From Azolla caroliniana (Eukaryota > Plantae > Polypodiophyta), in contig JBHGNT010000006.1 in the NCBI GenBank assembly GCA_043228905.1, positions 18,848,001 to 18,912,000 of the forward strand: DNA of 64,000 bases. The letters are read 5' to 3'. The notes beneath the pieces were generated by a model. The model had not been told where the DNA came from. It did not search any database and saw only the letters and a list, made by a program, of their open reading frames with translations. Made by a program: the position numbers and the translations under genes. Position 1 is the stretch's first letter. Every line of letters begins with the position of its first letter. Positions 62,865-64,000 of the stretch are shown piece after piece.

Positions 62865-64000
62865 TGTCACGGACACACCAAGCGTGGATTAGGATGGAGT
62901 ACAGATGATGGGGCTACGAGTGACAGATGAACTTGGAGCTAGATGTGACAAGGCTAGGAACTCTAGATGTTGTGAGCAACATGAGGGCATGAAGACAAAA
63001 ATAAAGATCAAGGAGACAAATATGAGGCGAAACGAGAATACTAGATTGATGTGTCAATGACTGGTGTTGAATCCCTTGAAAGGGACCAAAGATGTTACAA
63101 GTATTTATACAATTTCCGAGATTGAATATCTCTAGAATATACTTGAGAAATATCTCGAGAATATACCCATTTAGAATATACCATAGAATAATTCTGGAAT
63201 ATACTAACGACTAGAATATTCTCGAATGAACTATACACTAGACTCTACAATATATACAAGTTCACACATCGAATGTGGACAGTTCACAAGAGTTTCCATA
63301 TGATTAACACAACAAATGTACTGTGTGTGTTAAAAGTCAGAGGTTCAAGTCTAGAATGTGACATTATCCCCCCTCTTACGCCGCCTTCCCAAATTGGTCC
63401 TTGGCTTAAGGGGATACTGTTGATGAAAATCTTAGACCACCGTCAAAGTATTTTGTAAATCCTACACAAGGAGTAACCCTTCCAAAAGACAAGGTATTGA
63501 GCACCAACGGGCATGAGCGACCATGTGCAGTCCTCGCCTAGGACTAGAACATGAATACCAACAGGCGTGAGCGACCATGTGCGATCCTCGTCGGAAAATG
63601 GAACACGAATACCAATGGGTGTGAGTGACCATGTGTGGTCCTCAGGGGGAACACGAACACCAACGGGCATGAGAGACCATGTCGGTCCTCGTCGAGAGTT
63701 GGAACACAACCACCAACAGGCGTGAGCGACCATGTGTGGTCCTCACCGGGAACTAGAACATGAACAACAACAGGCATGAGCGACCCTGTCGGTCCTCGCC
63801 GGGATTTGGAACACGAACAATAGTTGGAGTGAGAGACCATGTGCAGTCCTCGCTGGAGACTGGAACACGAATACCAACGGGCGTGAGTGACCATGTGTGG
63901 TCCTCATAGGGAACACGAACACCAACAGGCATGAGGGACCATGTTGGTCCTCACCGAGACTTGGAACATGAACACCAACGGGCGTGAGTGACCATGTGGC
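62865..64000 (-). mobile_element. 3' end of a gypsy-like LTR element: 3' LTR 62865-63363, PPT 63364-63377 and a 3' UTR tandem array
   Basis: TGTCAC...GTGACA termini; AAGAGGGGGGATAA PPT on minus; shares the CTGGTGTTGAA and TATTTATAC layout with the G1/G2 LTRs. Confidence 0.85.
63501..64000. repeat. Tandem array of 48-54 bp units, at least 9.5 copies, running off the window edge
   Basis: ACCAAC(A/G)GGC(A/G)TGAG.GACCATGTG.GGTCCTC...GGAACACGAA repeated. Confidence 0.95.

Noticed and set aside
63501-64000. CRISPR-like array
   Set aside because: Units are homologous along their whole length with no unique spacers, there are no cas genes, and the context is a eukaryotic retrotransposon.

Overview
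Eukaryotic nuclear DNA from a land plant, probably a non-seed lineage such as a fern or lycophyte. That placement is inferred from the Tcn1-like self-priming chromoviruses and an RTEX-like LINE, not proven. Two intron-containing host genes, both on the minus strand, bracket about 46 kb of nested transposons: a NAC2/NTL-type NAC transcription factor (605-2624, continues off the left edge) and a complete 10-exon La protein gene (55048-60463, 522 aa by my splicing) with a U12-type intron. The transposon block holds a (CT)n-flanked LINE, several Ty1/copia elements (one lacking RT/RNase H, one chimeric with three LTRs), decayed Tcn1-like Ty3/gypsy chromoviruses, one intact and very young chromovirus (1467-aa ORF), a 5'-truncated L1 with 3' cargo, solo LTRs, and hAT and Mutator MITEs. 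Most boundaries are supported by target-site duplications read from the sequence. The most unusual pattern is an outward-pointing, tRNA-like Pol III A/B-box module at the U3 edge of several different gypsy LTR families; one of these elements also shows a Tf1-type self-priming site instead of a tRNA primer site. All calls were made by eye with no database searches.
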